From the IMG/VR virus record IMGVR_UViG_3300042691_022450: a stretch of DNA of 64,000 nt; one strand, 5' to 3'. The notes under the pieces are model-generated. The model was given only the letters and a program-made list of their open reading frames with translations, was not told the origin of the DNA and made no database searches. Numbering within the stretch: the stretch's first letter is position 1; the number at the start of each line of letters is the position of its first letter. A program made the position numbers and the translations under genes. The stretch is from a virus. Positions 48,060 to 61,642 of this stretch are shown here, in pieces.

Positions 48060-51033
48060 GACTTCATACACATAGAAACCTTATGATTGACTTTACAAAA
48101 CTTACAGACGAAGAGTTACTTCAACATCGAAATGATATTAATGATTATATTCAAAATATAAAAATAAAAGAACCCAATTTTCATCTACACAAATCAATTC
48201 AAATTGAACATACTTCCTGTGTAAATTCGGATACTCTTATTCCAAATCTTGAGTTTAAGATTTCTGTAAATAAAGAAGATGTGGAACACTTTAGACATTT
48301 GTGGGAAGAATATTACAATAAACAAAATCAATTTTATAGATATCATCGTTCACTTCCACCAGAAAAACAAGTAACAGTTGATATTAAACACGAAATAGAA
48401 AGACAATTTGTGGATTATCTCGATTCCTTATTTCCTGTTGTTCATTATGGGTGATGACACTTGACGAACTGGTACAAGACCCCACCAATCCCCCTGTGGA
48501 TGCCTTATAATACTCTCATACACACAAAGGACTGATGACTGAATTTATTTTTGGATTTGAAAACTTTTTGATTTCTGTGGAAAACTGGAGTCTTATTCTA
48601 AAAACTTCTGTTCATCCCAATCATTTTTGGAATGTGCTAAATTTGGGGTGGAAAGATATGTATGACCTACTTTGATTTCTTATAATACTCTCATACACAC
48701 AAAGGACTGATGACTGACCAACGACTAATGGAACTCTGGGGAGATGGAACTGAGTTTGGTATGTCTCCTGATATGATTGCTACTACCAATAACGAATTTA
48801 TTACTATCCGTGATGTTGCTATGAGGTTTGCTGCTAAGGTTATGGAAATTGAGTATCGAGAAGGTTATGATGATGGTTGGAAGGATGGTGTTGATAGTGT
48901 ATTGACTGGTGCTATTGGAGGTTGAAATGACTGAAAGAGCAAAAAGGATTATGAAAGCATATCAAAGAGCAAAAGAAAAATCTGTTTACTATGATGAAGA
49001 ATGTGTTTCTGCTGCTATTCGTGAGATTGCTAATTGTTTTGAATGGGATAGTTATGGTCTTGCCGAATTGAATGCTGACGATTTTATTGAACTTGCTGAT
49101 GAATTGGAGGCACTATGACTGAACGAGCACAAAGGATTAGGGAAGCATTTTATCTCACTTTCGCAGATAAAAGACAAGATTTTATTATTGAAAAACTTAA
49201 TGATGATGCGATTGCTAATGTTCTCCGTGAAGTCATCAACCAACTCCAACAAAGTCCTGGTGTGATTATGTGTGCTGATGTGTTAGAATTGTGTGAAGAA
49301 CTTGAAGAGAAACTGAAATGACGTATAAAGGTAATGATGAATATTCTAAGTATTTGATTTGTGTAGAACCTATACCTTTGCGTGAGGAAATTAATCTAAA
49401 ATCTACAGTAATTAAATTACTCAAAAAGTGTTGGAATGTAATTAGTAGGAGCAAACTGAAATGACTACCAGAGCACAAAAAATCGTAGATGCTACGATGG
49501 AACTTACACTACGACCACAACAAGGAGACAGAGCAAAAGTGATTGCTGCTGCTATTCGTGAGATTGTGAATGAACATCAATACTATCAGTTTTGTGACGA
49601 ATCGGGTGTAGAAGATATGGTAGTTGATGCTCGGTTGCTTTATGAACTTGCTGATGAACTGGAGGCACTCAAATGATTTTAAATGAAGAAATCATCAAAC
49701 TTGCTAACACCTATGGGTTTGATAGACACATAAGTAAAGCAACAAACGACATTTACTGGGAATGTGATGAAGAAGACCTTCTGAAGTTTGCTCTAATAAT
49801 TCACGAAATGGGTTATAATGAAGGTAGTTATGATACTTCAATCGTAATGGGAGATTAAAATGTATGAAAAACTTTGAAGAAATTGATTGGGCAGTTTTGT
49901 CTGTATTCTTTATTATAATCGTTGCTGCTACTTCTATCACTTATAGTGAGCAACAACAACGAGCACTCTTTCAACAAACATACAATAAGAACTTGGAGTG
50001 TCGTCAAGCACTCAAAGACCAAACAGTGGGACGAATTACTGATATTTGTGGAACTGTTCCCGTCATTGGTGATTTTGTGAAATGAACGATGATTTTCCTA
50101 TTGGAGCATTATGTTTTGGTATTCTCGCAACCGTTGCTGTTGTATTTCTTTTAGGTTCTCGGTTTGGTTTTGATGATGGTATGGTGAAAGGAAAGAACGA
50201 AGGTATTGTGTATTGCGTAGAGAAACCCAAAGAGTGTAAGATTTCTTATGAATACATAAAATTACAGGAGAACCAGAAATGATTGAAAACAAACAACTCA
50301 CAGAATATCTCAAAGAAGTTCTCAATCCTCCTGATAATGTAGAACTCTCTGTTTATGATGAAGATAATAATGAAAAGGATTTGTCTAATGGTATTGTGAA
50401 TGTATGGATAGAGGAGAACCACAAATGAAACTCAAAATTGAAAGAAAAAGATTTGAAAGTGGTTCGCATTACTACTTGATTTATGAATGGTTCTGGTTCC
50501 ACTGGGTTCGTCGTAGCGGACTTTTTGATACTCTGGACGAAGCAGAGAAAAATGCTGTAAGTATTCTGGAAGACGAAAGAGAGCAAAGAAAAATCAAAAA
50601 AGAAAACCCCGTGTATTATCAACTGGATGGTGATAAAATTACATATAAGAAGGGTGATGGAAATGAAAGAGTTCTTATGGGAGAACCACCACTCAAATTA
50701 AAAAAAACGGAGAACCAAAAATGAAATACCCCGACAAAGAAGAACGACGTAGAATTTATGAAAGTATGAAAAAAGAAATGGAGCAACCATGCAAATATAG
50801 TTGGATTCTTATTGATTTTAATGATAACTGGATTAAACATTATAAAAAATTAAAAGAAGAATTTGGAGAATATTATGATTGAAATGAGAGTTGTTGATAA
50901 TGGACCGATGTGCCGTCCAGAAATCCAGTATCGTTTTATGTTGTTTTCTATTGGTCAGGGTGGTTATTTGTGCCCACCAAATGAGGATATGAAATGGTCT
51001 GAATGGAGAACTGCACCTTATGTAAAAGCAGAG

Positions 51034-51089
51034 GACACTTGAAGAACTGGCACAGTAGGCATCCAGAGTGGTCTGTGATGCCTTATAAT
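51034..51089 (+). promoter_or_regulatory. Early promoter module
   Basis: GACACTTGAAGAACTGGCACA...TATAAT at +50. Confidence 0.8.
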
Positions 51090-52757
51090 AGTAGGACAAA
51101 CAAAGGAACTCCAATGACTGAACAAGAACTAATGGAACTCTGGGGAGATGGAACAGAGTTTGGGATGAGTACTCTTGGTGCTGGTGTAATGACTGGTGCT
51201 ATGAATAATGCCTTTCGTGAGGTTGCTGTAAAGTTTGCTCAACGAGTTGCTGAAATTGAATATGAAAGAGGTTATACTGATGGTTGGGATAGAGAAAAAT
51301 ATTCTGGACTTGTAGGAGACCCACAATGACCCTTGTATCAATTCATTATCATCATTCTTACAATCTTCCTATTACTTTTATTTCAAGCAAAGAAAGTTTT
51401 ATCCGTGTTTGTGAAAAACTTCCAACTGACTGGGCACACCTTATAAATCAAGAAACTGGAGAAATCCTACACACTTGGAGGAAAGATACTCTTACTGTTT
51501 CTCAACCAACCTCCACTAAAATCTCACACAAACAATCTATCAACCGAGTAGAACGATGACTGAACAACGCAAACTATGCAAAGATTGTCTTTACTATGAG
51601 AAAAGTTGGTTAGGACATCTTTTTAGGGACAACTCATTTGATAGGTGTTACAATCCAATCATAACTGGTGATTTGGTGACTGGAGAAAAAACAAGTATAA
51701 GTTGTAAATTTGCCAGAAATATTACGATGTATTGTGGTAGAGATGGTAAGCATTTTGAGCAACTGTGGGGGGATAAAAAATGACTGCCAATTACAAACAA
51801 CTTGCTGAAGAACTTTACGATGTTCTAAAAAGATTGAAAAATTTGATGGATGATGCAAATGGTAGTCCTATCAATAGATATGGAGTTAGTATTTCTCTTG
51901 CTGATAAAGTCATTCAAAAATACGAACAAGAAACAACCAGAGGAGACAGAAAATGACTAAACTATCATATGATGAATGGGAAAAATGGTATAAGGACACC
52001 AAATGCATAGTCACAGAAGAAGAGATTGAAAGTTGGAAAACTCAATATTATGGTGGTCTGAATACTTATGAAGAATTTAAATCAATATTGAAGGATGAAT
52101 ATAAACGTTATTGTGAGGTAGAGGAATGACTGAAAGAAGAAATTCAAGGATGGTGATGATGCTGGTCAAATAATAAATGAAATGATAATTCTACAAGTTC
52201 TAAAAGATATTTTTGATAAAGACAAAACGAGGACACTTGGAGAACTGGCATAGGTGCCCTTGAAATCTGGTGCCCTTTGTCGTATAATAATCTTACAAAC
52301 ATAAAACGAATGAACCACGCACTTATTCTGCTTCTTGCTGATCTAACTTCTGTTGCCTGTGTGATTGGAGGAATCATTCTTGCTCTTCACGGGATTGCTG
52401 GTTGGGGATGGTTTCTCTTTATGTCTGGTTTGCTTTATACTTCTTATAGTTCTTCTAAAACTACTGATTGATTATGACTGAACCACCAGATTGTTTGGGT
52501 GTTGTTGGTAAATGCACCGATTGTGAAAATCCTGTGTTAGAATACCTGTGTAATCAATCTCTTTTGGAAGTGCGACCAGAAAGTAAAAACTTTGACTATT
52601 GGTTTTCTTGTAGTAATATTCTATGTAAAAATCATAGTGGTGGAGGTTCTTATGGATATTATTATGATGATTGGGTGGATGTGAAATGAAAAAACCTTAT
52701 TTACTAATTGCGGGAGACAACCTGTATCCTTCTGCTTATACTGATGAACAAAAGGTG

Positions 52758-52864
52758 AATAAATAAGAATGTCTATAAGAACCGCAATTCTCTACAGACA
52801 GATTAGGTGCTCTTTAGGGCACCTTTTCTATTATAAATACTAATGCGGTTTTTGTAGAATAGAA
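52758..52864 (+). promoter_or_regulatory. Endonuclease leader cassette 2
   Basis: TCTATAAGAACCGCA (52772-86) pairs with TGCGGTTTTTGTAGA (52844-58), 15 bp including 2 G:U; late promoter 52832-39. Confidence 0.8.
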
Positions 52865-53716
52865 ATGGTAAATCCTAACAGGTTTTATACCTATGCATAT
52901 TTGCGTAAGGACAGAACTCCTTATTACATAGGTAAAGGTCAAAAAATAAGAGCATATCAAGGTAGTGGAAAACCTTGTAGAGTTCCAAAAGATAAATCAA
53001 GAATAATCTTCCTCAAACAAAATCTAACAGAAGAGGAAGCATTTAGACACGAAATCTATATGATTGCCGTGTTTGGTAGAAAGGATAATGGAACTGGTAT
53101 TCTTCGTAATAAAACTAATGGTGGAGAAGGTCCTTCAGGTCTTATTCATAGTGATGAAACTAAAAGAAAATTGAGAGAAATTAATATAGGAAGAACTTTT
53201 TCTGAGGAACATATCAAAAAAATATCTGAAGGTTGTAAAGGGAAAAATAAAGGACCCAGAAAACCTCTTTCAGAAGAACATAAACTAAAAATAAGTAAAT
53301 TATGTAAAGGTAAAAAACATACAAATGAAGCAAAACTAAAAATAAGTCAAAGTAATAAAAATAGAATAGTTTCGGAAGAAACTAGAGAAAAAATGAGAGA
53401 AGCAAAGAAAAATATAACAGAAGAAACTAGAAGAAAACTAAGTGAAGCAAGGAGAAACATAACAGAAGAAACTAGAAGAAAAATGAGTGAAGCAAAGAAG
53501 GGTAAAAGTCGTTCTCAGGAAATTGTGAAAAAAATATCTGAAAAAAACAAAGGTAAAAAGCATTCAGAAGAAACTAAAAGAAAACAGAGTGAAGCAAAAA
53601 AAGGTAAAAACAAAGATAAAAAATGGTGGAATGATGGTTGTGGAAATACTAAATTTTGTTTTGAATGTCCTGGACCAAATTGGATTTCTGGTCGTGGAAA
53701 AATAAAAAAAGCATAA
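52865..53716 (+). CDS. GIY-YIG-like endonuclease with NUMOD3 repeats
   Basis: FYTYAYLR..PYYIGKG..R..E..NKTNGGEG; HSEETKRKxSE repeats. Confidence 0.8.
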   Translation: MVNPNRFYTYAYLRKDRTPYYIGKGQKIRAYQGSGKPCRVPKDKSRIIFLKQNLTEEEAFRHEIYMIAVFGRKDNGTGILRNKTNGGEGPSGLIHSDETKRKLREINIGRTFSEEHIKKISEGCKGKNKGPRKPLSEEHKLKISKLCKGKKHTNEAKLKISQSNKNRIVSEETREKMREAKKNITEETRRKLSEARRNITEETRRKMSEAKKGKSRSQEIVKKISEKNKGKKHSEETKRKQSEAKKGKNKDKKWWNDGCGNTKFCFECPGPNWISGRGKIKKA

Positions 53717-56576
53717 AGACACTTTTCAAACTGGCACATACCTACTTTACTCAACTCTTTATTTGGTGTATAATAAGAGCAAATATAAGACAATTAATGA
53801 TGGGGCACAAAAAATTCAACATTAACGAAACTGTCAAGATTCGTCTCACGAAGTTTGGCAAAGAACTTCATAAGAAACAGTGGGAAGATTTTTGGAACTC
53901 TCACGGTAAATTAGATAAGTTTCCTTATGAACCACCTAAAGAAGATGAAAATGGATACTGTGAGTTTATAATGTGGGACTTGATGAATAAGTTTGGTTCT
54001 TATTGTGTATTGGGATGTGAGTTGCCTTTTGAGACTGTGATTCTTATTGAAGATAAGGATTTGAAGGATGCCTGAGTTTCTTATGATTGTTTTGATTGTT
54101 TATATGGGAGGTTCTATGTTTTTGGGACTACTTGAATACTTTATGGATAGAAAGAAATGACTGAACCAGACTACAAAATTGAAGAACTGTACGACGTAGA
54201 AGAACTCAAAGTTTATTTTGTGGTTTATAGTATGAAACCATTAGTATTTGAGGTAAAAAGGAGATTTGATACTCTCGGAGAAGCAAGGCAAGTTGTTAGA
54301 ATGTTGAGAAAATATAAGGAGAGGATTTTTCATTATGTAGAGGATTGAAAATGAAATGTAAATACAATGATTGTGGTTGGTGTTATGCTCCTGATGATGT
54401 AAAACCTTCAACTTCGGCAACACCTCATAAACAATGTCTAAACCCAGATTGTTGCCTTAATCTAAAATCACAAATGACTGAAAAACAATCAAAAGAAAAT
54501 ACAACTTATATTACAACTGGATCTGGGCACCCAATTGATGATGATGTTGTAATTATCAATGGTGTGGAATATAGGAAAACTGTAAAACCTGATATCAAAC
54601 CAAAAGTCAGAACTCTTTATGATATTTGTGTTGAGTGGAACGATGATGATTATGACCCACCAGTTTCTGCTTTAATTTTTAAGATTGAAAAAGAATGGAC
54701 CCCTCTAAATCTCAATCAAAAAGAAAAGAGGGGATATACTGATGGTTATTCTATGGGGTTTGATGATGCTCTTGATTTGGTGAGGAAAACACTAAAATGA
54801 CTGACTACACTCTAATGGAACTGGAACTTATCTGTGAGGAAGTCGCAAAACTTCCAAGAACCACAGACACTTCCTATGTGCCCCCCGATGTGTTAGAATT
54901 GGTGGAACAACGGATTTGGGATTATTGCTACAAATGACTGAACTCCTTAAAACTCCAATAAAATATGTGGTAGATATTCAAAATAAAAAGATTTCTCTTC
55001 ATCAAGAAGAGGACTTTGAAGTATTATCTTTCAATACTATTGATGAGTTTATGTATGCTCTAACAGATATTCGCAAAACAAACAACATTATCTGGTATGT
55101 AATTCCACCAGGATTGATTGAGGGTCCTCACAAATGAACTCCAAACTCAAAGAAAACCTAACACTCATTCAAGATGTTGCGAATAAAGCACTTGAACTTC
55201 ATAAGAACTCCACAAAAAAATTTAATGGTGTAAATTATGCTGACTTGCGAGTGGTTGATGTATGGGTGAAGTATAGTATTCACGAAGAAGATTTAGAGTA
55301 TGGTGTGCTGATTGAAGAAGCATCACCAACTGCTTATGATTTGCAGGATTATATGCTAGAATACCTGAAAGATAATCTGACCAATAATTTGGGGTGGAGC
55401 ATTTATGTTGAATGTGAATGGTAAAGAAAAATGACTGAAAGACCTGAACCAAAAAAGTGGAGTGAGACTTACGATAAAGAACTCACACTTGAAGAACTAT
55501 TTCAACTGATTGGTGATGTTGAGTGGAACTTAAAGGATTATATTTGGGAACTCAAACAAGAAGTTGAAGAACTAAAAAAAATAGCACACTTTCACGACAT
55601 TATTGAAAGAGAAAAAAATGACTGAAAAAATAGGATACAAACTTAATCCAAAGAAACTCAAAAAAGCACCACAATATATTACTCCTTATTTGTTTCTTGG
55701 TGCCTTTTATTACACCGAAGATTATGAGTATTTTGATGTAATTAAACCTTATCTTGATATTCCAGAGAAACCTAAAACTCTGGAAGAAATCTCACAAGAA
55801 CTTGATGAGAAGATTGATGATTTGATTGAGAGAACAAAGAATAGTTTTTATAAGTCAAAGTATATTGCTGAAACTTTGTATGATACAAAGTTCAATAGAA
55901 TTATTGAGAACTTTGAGTATGCGAAGGAACACGGACAATTTCCATCTAAACTTACATATTCTAACCTTATTGCGACTGGTAGTAATATTACTTCCAGTCT
56001 TGTAATCAAATCAGGTGGTAAAGAAGTCGGTTATTATACATTCGGTAATGGGTATTTGAAGTATTATATGAATAAGAAACCGACTGCGATTGTTCGGTTC
56101 TTTATGAAAAATTGTCTTTCTATTAGATGGGTGGATGAGAAAAATGACTAAACCAACAGACGAAGAACTTGATAGTTTTATTCAAGGTTATTTGTGTGAT
56201 GGTGAAGATTGGTGGTATGATGAAGAAATCGTAAGAGGACTTGCCCGTGCTTTGCTTGAATGCTTTGGAGATGAGAAATGACTAAACTATCGGCAGCAGA
56301 CCTTATGGTAATCCATAATACTCTTTATAAAAGTTTGAGTGTCGTTGGAAATAGTATTTGGACACAAGAAACCAGAGAAAGAGTTATGGATAAGGTGTCT
56401 ATTATTATGGAGAATATGAACGCAGAAGTTGTCTGTGGTGATGTAGAACCTATTGTTGTAAGTGGAGATTTGGGTGGATGACTTACCCATCGTATTGTTG
56501 CCCTAAATGTGGAGCACAGATAGGATATATTGGAAGGTTTTTTCAGTTTCTTCGTATTCCATTACATCGGTGTAAG

Positions 56577-56632
56577 GACACTTGAAGAACTGGCACAAGA
56601 GCATCCCACAGGTGCTCCTTTTGCCTTATAAT
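56577..56632 (+). promoter_or_regulatory. Early promoter module
   Basis: GACACTTGAAGAACTGGCACA...TATAAT at +50. Confidence 0.8.
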
Positions 56633-57948
56633 ACTTTCATACCAAACGAGGTTTCCCAATGACTATTGAAATCACCAATCAAGTTCGTATTCAAGAACAT
56701 TCTGACTATTGGTACACTGCCGAAGACATTCATCTTGATGTTGGATGTGAGGGTTTTACTGTTTCTTATTGGGAGTTTAATAAAGAAAAAGGAGATAAAC
56801 GAATCCAACATATTTGTATGAATAAGGAAGAAGCACTTGCTATTGCTGATGCCATCTACAAACTCTTTAAGAACTGAAATGATTGACCTTACACAACTGA
56901 CCGAAGAACAACTCAACGAACTTGAACTTCAAATTCAAAAGCATAAGGAACAACAGAAGGTAAAGGATGCTTTGGAAAACCTAAAAGGTTATAAAGTAAC
57001 TTTTTATATTAGGTTTGACCCTGAAAAGCATAAGGATCACGATATGCTTACAAATAAAGGGAAACTTGACCCAGAAATTTTTGCTGATTATCTGTGCGAT
57101 AATCTTGTTACAGACCTGATTAGAAATTTTGAATTGTATGGTTATGAGGATGTAAATTATCCTACTGTGGAAGTAGCAACAAAACAAGAAATTGAAGAGA
57201 AATTTTGAGGAAACTGAAATGACTGAACGCATTTATGAACTTGAGTGTGGAATCAGAAAACTCAACGGAGAATATTGAAATGAACCAAGCAAACAAGAAC
57301 TCATTTTTCTTTTATGTCCTCAAAGAAGGTGGTGGAAAAATTGACCCAAGAAATATAGAGTTTATGATTGAAGCACTCAAAGAATGGTTGCCTAATACTA
57401 TTGGATATCCAGACACCGACTATTCTATGAATGCTTATAAGTTGGGGCAAAGAGAATACAAAGAATTCATTATGAGGAACCTCAAATGACTGAAAACATT
57501 CAAAAGTATCCAGAGGTAAATCGTGTTGAAGTCATCTCAAGTGAGGGTGAAGAGTTTTTTTGGGATGAATGGGATGAGTGTTCTAAAGTTCAGGTAAGTT
57601 TTCATAATGATGGGAAGACACTCAAAGTATTTCTCACGGGGAACATAAAATGACTAAACACGAGATTGGAGCAACAATTGGATTTTATATTGTTGTGGGA
57701 TTGATGGGTTGGGCACTTGTGTCTTTCTTTCCTCTTACTTGGGGACAGGCACTCATAATCTCTTGGATGTTTAACAAACTTATTGATGTATTAGAATGAC
57801 TATCAAACGCATCAAAGTCAAAGAAACTCAAAAATACTGGGGGGACTTTGATGGTTCTCTTGAAAGCATCATTGCTTCACTTCAACAAGATTTGAATGAT
57901 GGTTGGGAAGGTATTGAGATTGAATATGGGTATCATGGTGACCCAGAC

Positions 57949-58091
57949 GAATATTATCTCTACAAGCATCGTGAAGAAACCGACAAAGAGTATGAGAAAC
58001 GGATGAAGCAATTGGAGAAAGAAAAGGCAGAGAAAGTAAAAGCAAAGGAACGAAAACTCAAACAACTCAAGAAAGACCTTGCTTCCTTGAC
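57949..58091 (+). repeat. 143-bp exact direct repeat, copy 1 (in ORF 57796..58125)
   Basis: Identical to 58921..59063. Confidence 0.85.
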
Positions 58092-58920
58092 CGATGAAGA
58101 AAGGGAATTGTTGAAACTGAAATGACTGCCTTCACTTACAAAGGATACGGACGCATCTACACCAATCCAGAGAACATTCAAGATGTAAAAAACATTATTC
58201 AAGAACTTGATGAGTTTGAGTGGGAATATTATCCAGAAAGTCTTGTAGGTTTCTGGGATGATTATCCAATAGTTGTGTATGTTGGTAAGTTTGAATTGGA
58301 TGAAGAAAAGTTCAAACAAATCTGTAAAGAACGAAACATTCCTGTTTTTGTCTTTAATGCTTATGATGATGAGTATCCTCGTGGTTATGTCAAAACTTTG
58401 AATAGAGAAGAAATCAAAACACTTTCTTATGGAGAACTGAAATGACTATCAAAGCAACTGAACTTCTCAAACTCTTTTCCAAAGCAGAAAAACTTGATTT
58501 GAGTGTTGCGGTTCTTGAGGAAAAAGATGGGGATTATGTAATTCGTATCTTTGCAATGTTTTCACCCAAAAATTTTGATGAGTATGTAGTCATCACTCAA
58601 GAGGGTGAGAGTGATTGGAGTAAAGGATACCAAAGTTTTGATGCTGTGATGGATGTTCTTGATGAGAAACTGGAAGAACAAAAGCAAAAAGAAATCAAAG
58701 AACAAAAACGACAAGAACTGATTGCTCGTTTGACTGATGAAGAAAAAGAACTACTTAACCTGAAATGACTAACCAACCTAAAAAAATTCAAGTCAAAGAA
58801 ACTAAAGAATATTGGGGGAACTTTGTAGGTTCTTTTGAAGACATTATCTTTTCACTTCAAAAGTGTAAAGATATGGGTTGGGAAGGTCTTGAAATTCAAT
58901 ACGATATGGATTATGGGAAT

Positions 58921-59063
58921 GAATATTATCTCTACAAGCATCGTGAAGAAACCGACAAAGAGTATGAGAAACGGATGAAGCAATTGGAGAAAGAAAAGGC
59001 AGAGAAAGTAAAAGCAAAGGAACGAAAACTCAAACAACTCAAGAAAGACCTTGCTTCCTTGAC
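58921..59063 (+). repeat. 143-bp exact direct repeat, copy 2 (in ORF 58765..59097)
   Basis: Identical to 57949..58091. Confidence 0.85.
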
Positions 59064-59092
59064 TGATGAAGAAAAAGAACTTTTAAATCTAA

Positions 59093-59206
59093 ACTAAATA
59101 GAAATGTCTGTTTGGACGGCAATCTCTACGGACAGATTAGGTGCTTTCGGGCACCTTTTCTATTATAAACTCTTATAAATAGTAATGCCGTCCAAGTAGA
59201 ATAGAA
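59093..59206 (+). promoter_or_regulatory. Endonuclease leader cassette 3
   Basis: TCTGTTTGGACGGCA (59107-21) pairs with TGCCGTCCAAGTAGA (59186-200), 2 G:U; late promoter 59174-81. Confidence 0.8.
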
Positions 59207-60013
59207 ATGGTAAATCCTAACAGGTTTTATACTTACGCATATTTGCGGGAAGACAGAACACCTTATTACATAGGAAAGGGACAAGGTAATAGGGCATATA
59301 AAAAAAGAAAAGGTGAAGTAAAACCACCAAAAGATAAGTCAAGAATAATTTTCTTAAAACAAAACCTAACAGAAGAAGAAGAAGCATTCAAGCACGAAAT
59401 CTATATGATTGCTGTGTTCGGTAGAATAGATTTAGGAACTGGGATATTGAGAAATAAAACTGATGGTGGAGAAGGTTCATCTGGATGGGTTCCAAGTGAA
59501 GAATGTAAAAGAAAACAAAGTGAAATAAAAAGAGGTGAAAATAATCCTAATTATGGCAAATCACCTTCTGAAGAAACCAGAAGAAAATTAAGTGAGTCAA
59601 ATAAAGGAAAATCGCGTTCCCAAGAAACCAGAATAAAACAAAGCAAAGCAAAACAAAATAAAAAATATTGGAATGATGTGAATGGTAATCTTGTTCGTTC
59701 TGTAGAATGTCCTGGGAAAGATTGGTTTCCTGGAATGGGCAAAAGAAGTGAGGATTTAATACGAACCGGAAGAGAAAGTTCTTGTTATGGTAAGTTGTGG
59801 TGGAATGATGGAAATGGGAATCGTATTCTTTCAGTAGAATGCCCAGGAGAAAACTGGATTCTTGGTCTTGATGAAGAACATAAAGAAAAAATAGGTAAAG
59901 GAAATAAAAATAAACGATGGTGGAATGATGGAAATGGTAATACTAAATTTGCTGAAGAATGTCCTGGTGGAGGTTGGGATGCTGGTCGGGGAAAATTAAA
60001 AGAACATAAGTAA
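59207..60013 (+). CDS. GIY-YIG-like endonuclease, NUMOD3 and WWNDG-CPG repeats
   Basis: Paralog of 52865..53716. Confidence 0.8.
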   Translation: MVNPNRFYTYAYLREDRTPYYIGKGQGNRAYKKRKGEVKPPKDKSRIIFLKQNLTEEEEAFKHEIYMIAVFGRIDLGTGILRNKTDGGEGSSGWVPSEECKRKQSEIKRGENNPNYGKSPSEETRRKLSESNKGKSRSQETRIKQSKAKQNKKYWNDVNGNLVRSVECPGKDWFPGMGKRSEDLIRTGRESSCYGKLWWNDGNGNRILSVECPGENWILGLDEEHKEKIGKGNKNKRWWNDGNGNTKFAEECPGGGWDAGRGKLKEHK

Positions 60014-60752
60014 TATGAGGACACTTCTTAAACTGCACCACTTGCCCTTGCGGTGAGTGGGTTTTTGGTCTATAATACTTCCATACAAAAATCACAAAAT
60101 GCCTTTATCTGACGAAGAAAAACTCACACTTCTCCTCAAGGTTCTCAAAGAATTCGCAGAGGCAAAACACTGTTATGATATAGAAGGAGATGATTATACT
60201 CCAAGTGCTATTAGTTATGATGTTGCCTTTGACGATGGTATTGATTATGGTGAGATTACCTTTGCCCGCACACTATTAGAACAAATCGGTGAAACTTTTG
60301 AATACCCTTGTGTGAAAGAAAATGACTAACAAAGTAAAATTCACACAAGTATCACGGGTGATTGACCCTAAGACCCGTATTCATTATCTTGATGCGGTTG
60401 ATGAGTATGGGAACCATTGGATGGCACAGATGGAGCACAACACAGAGAAATGGTTGTGTTTTAGTAGAGTATGGTATGAAGACCCCCAACAACCTTTTGA
60501 TACACTATGACTAAACATCCTGCTAATGAGTATCTTGACCCCCAAGAAGATGCTCAACTTTCATTTAACAAGTGGTTTTATGAAGATTTTTATGGTAGAT
60601 TTACATATCGGTATGAATACTTTATGGACGACATAAAAATTGAGGATGAGAACCAAAGGAAACAAATTCTTATTAATTGGGTTGAAAGTGCATTTCTGTG
60701 TGGATACGAATATGCTCTTTATAAGCAACTGGAAGAAGAGGTAGAGAACGAT

Positions 60753-60856
60753 AATAAATAAAAATGTCTGTTGATACTGCAATCTCTACGGACAGATTAG
60801 GTGCTTTCGGGCACCTTTTCTATTATAAATAGTAATGCAGTATCAACAGAATAGAA
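60753..60856 (+). promoter_or_regulatory. Endonuclease leader cassette 4
   Basis: TCTGTTGATACTGCA (60767-81) is the exact reverse complement of TGCAGTATCAACAGA (60836-50); late promoter 60824-31. Confidence 0.8.
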
Positions 60857-61642
60857 ATGACTTACCAAAGTCCAAGAATATACTTGTATAAAATTACTTT
60901 TGAAGAAGTTCCATATTACTATTATGGAGTTCATAAGGAAAAATACTTCAACGAAGAATACTGGGGTTCTCCAATAACAAACAAATGGTGTTGGGAGATT
61001 TATACTCCAAAGAAACAAATACTTCAACTTTTTGATTTCACGGATGAAGGTTGGTTGAAAGCACAAGAAATTGAAGAAAGATTGATAAAACCATTTTTCA
61101 ATACTGATAAATGGTGTTTGAATGAAAGTTGTGGTGGTAAAATATCTCTAAAAGTTTTGCGTGAAAGTGGAAATAAATGCTATGAACTTGGTTTAGGAGT
61201 TCATTCATTAACCAAAGAGCAAAGAAGTGAAAATGGTAAAAGAACTGGTAAAATTTCTGGAAAAAAAGGAGGTGAAAGAGCATATGAACTTGGTGTTGGA
61301 GTTCACGGAAGAACAAAAGAACAGATGAGTGAAGATGGGAAACAAGGAGGAAAAAAATCATACAAACTTAAAATAGGAATACACGGAAGAACCAAAGAAC
61401 ATATGGTTGAAAATGGTAGAAAGTGTGGAAATAGGGCATATGAACTTGGGATTGGAATTCACGGACAAAGCAAAGAAAAAATGACGGAAAATGGAAGAAG
61501 AGGTGGAAAAATAGGAGGTAAAAAAACAAGTTCTCAAAGATGGATGTGTCTTGAAACTGGATTTATCACAAACGCAGGTGCTCTTTCAAATTATCAAAAG
61601 AAAAATGGAATAGACACCTCTAAACGAGTGAGAATAGTGTAA
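60857..61642 (+). CDS. Free-standing GIY-YIG-like (Seg-type) endonuclease
   Basis: Paralog of 22042..22749. Confidence 0.65.
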   Translation: MTYQSPRIYLYKITFEEVPYYYYGVHKEKYFNEEYWGSPITNKWCWEIYTPKKQILQLFDFTDEGWLKAQEIEERLIKPFFNTDKWCLNESCGGKISLKVLRESGNKCYELGLGVHSLTKEQRSENGKRTGKISGKKGGERAYELGVGVHGRTKEQMSEDGKQGGKKSYKLKIGIHGRTKEHMVENGRKCGNRAYELGIGIHGQSKEKMTENGRRGGKIGGKKTSSQRWMCLETGFITNAGALSNYQKKNGIDTSKRVRIV

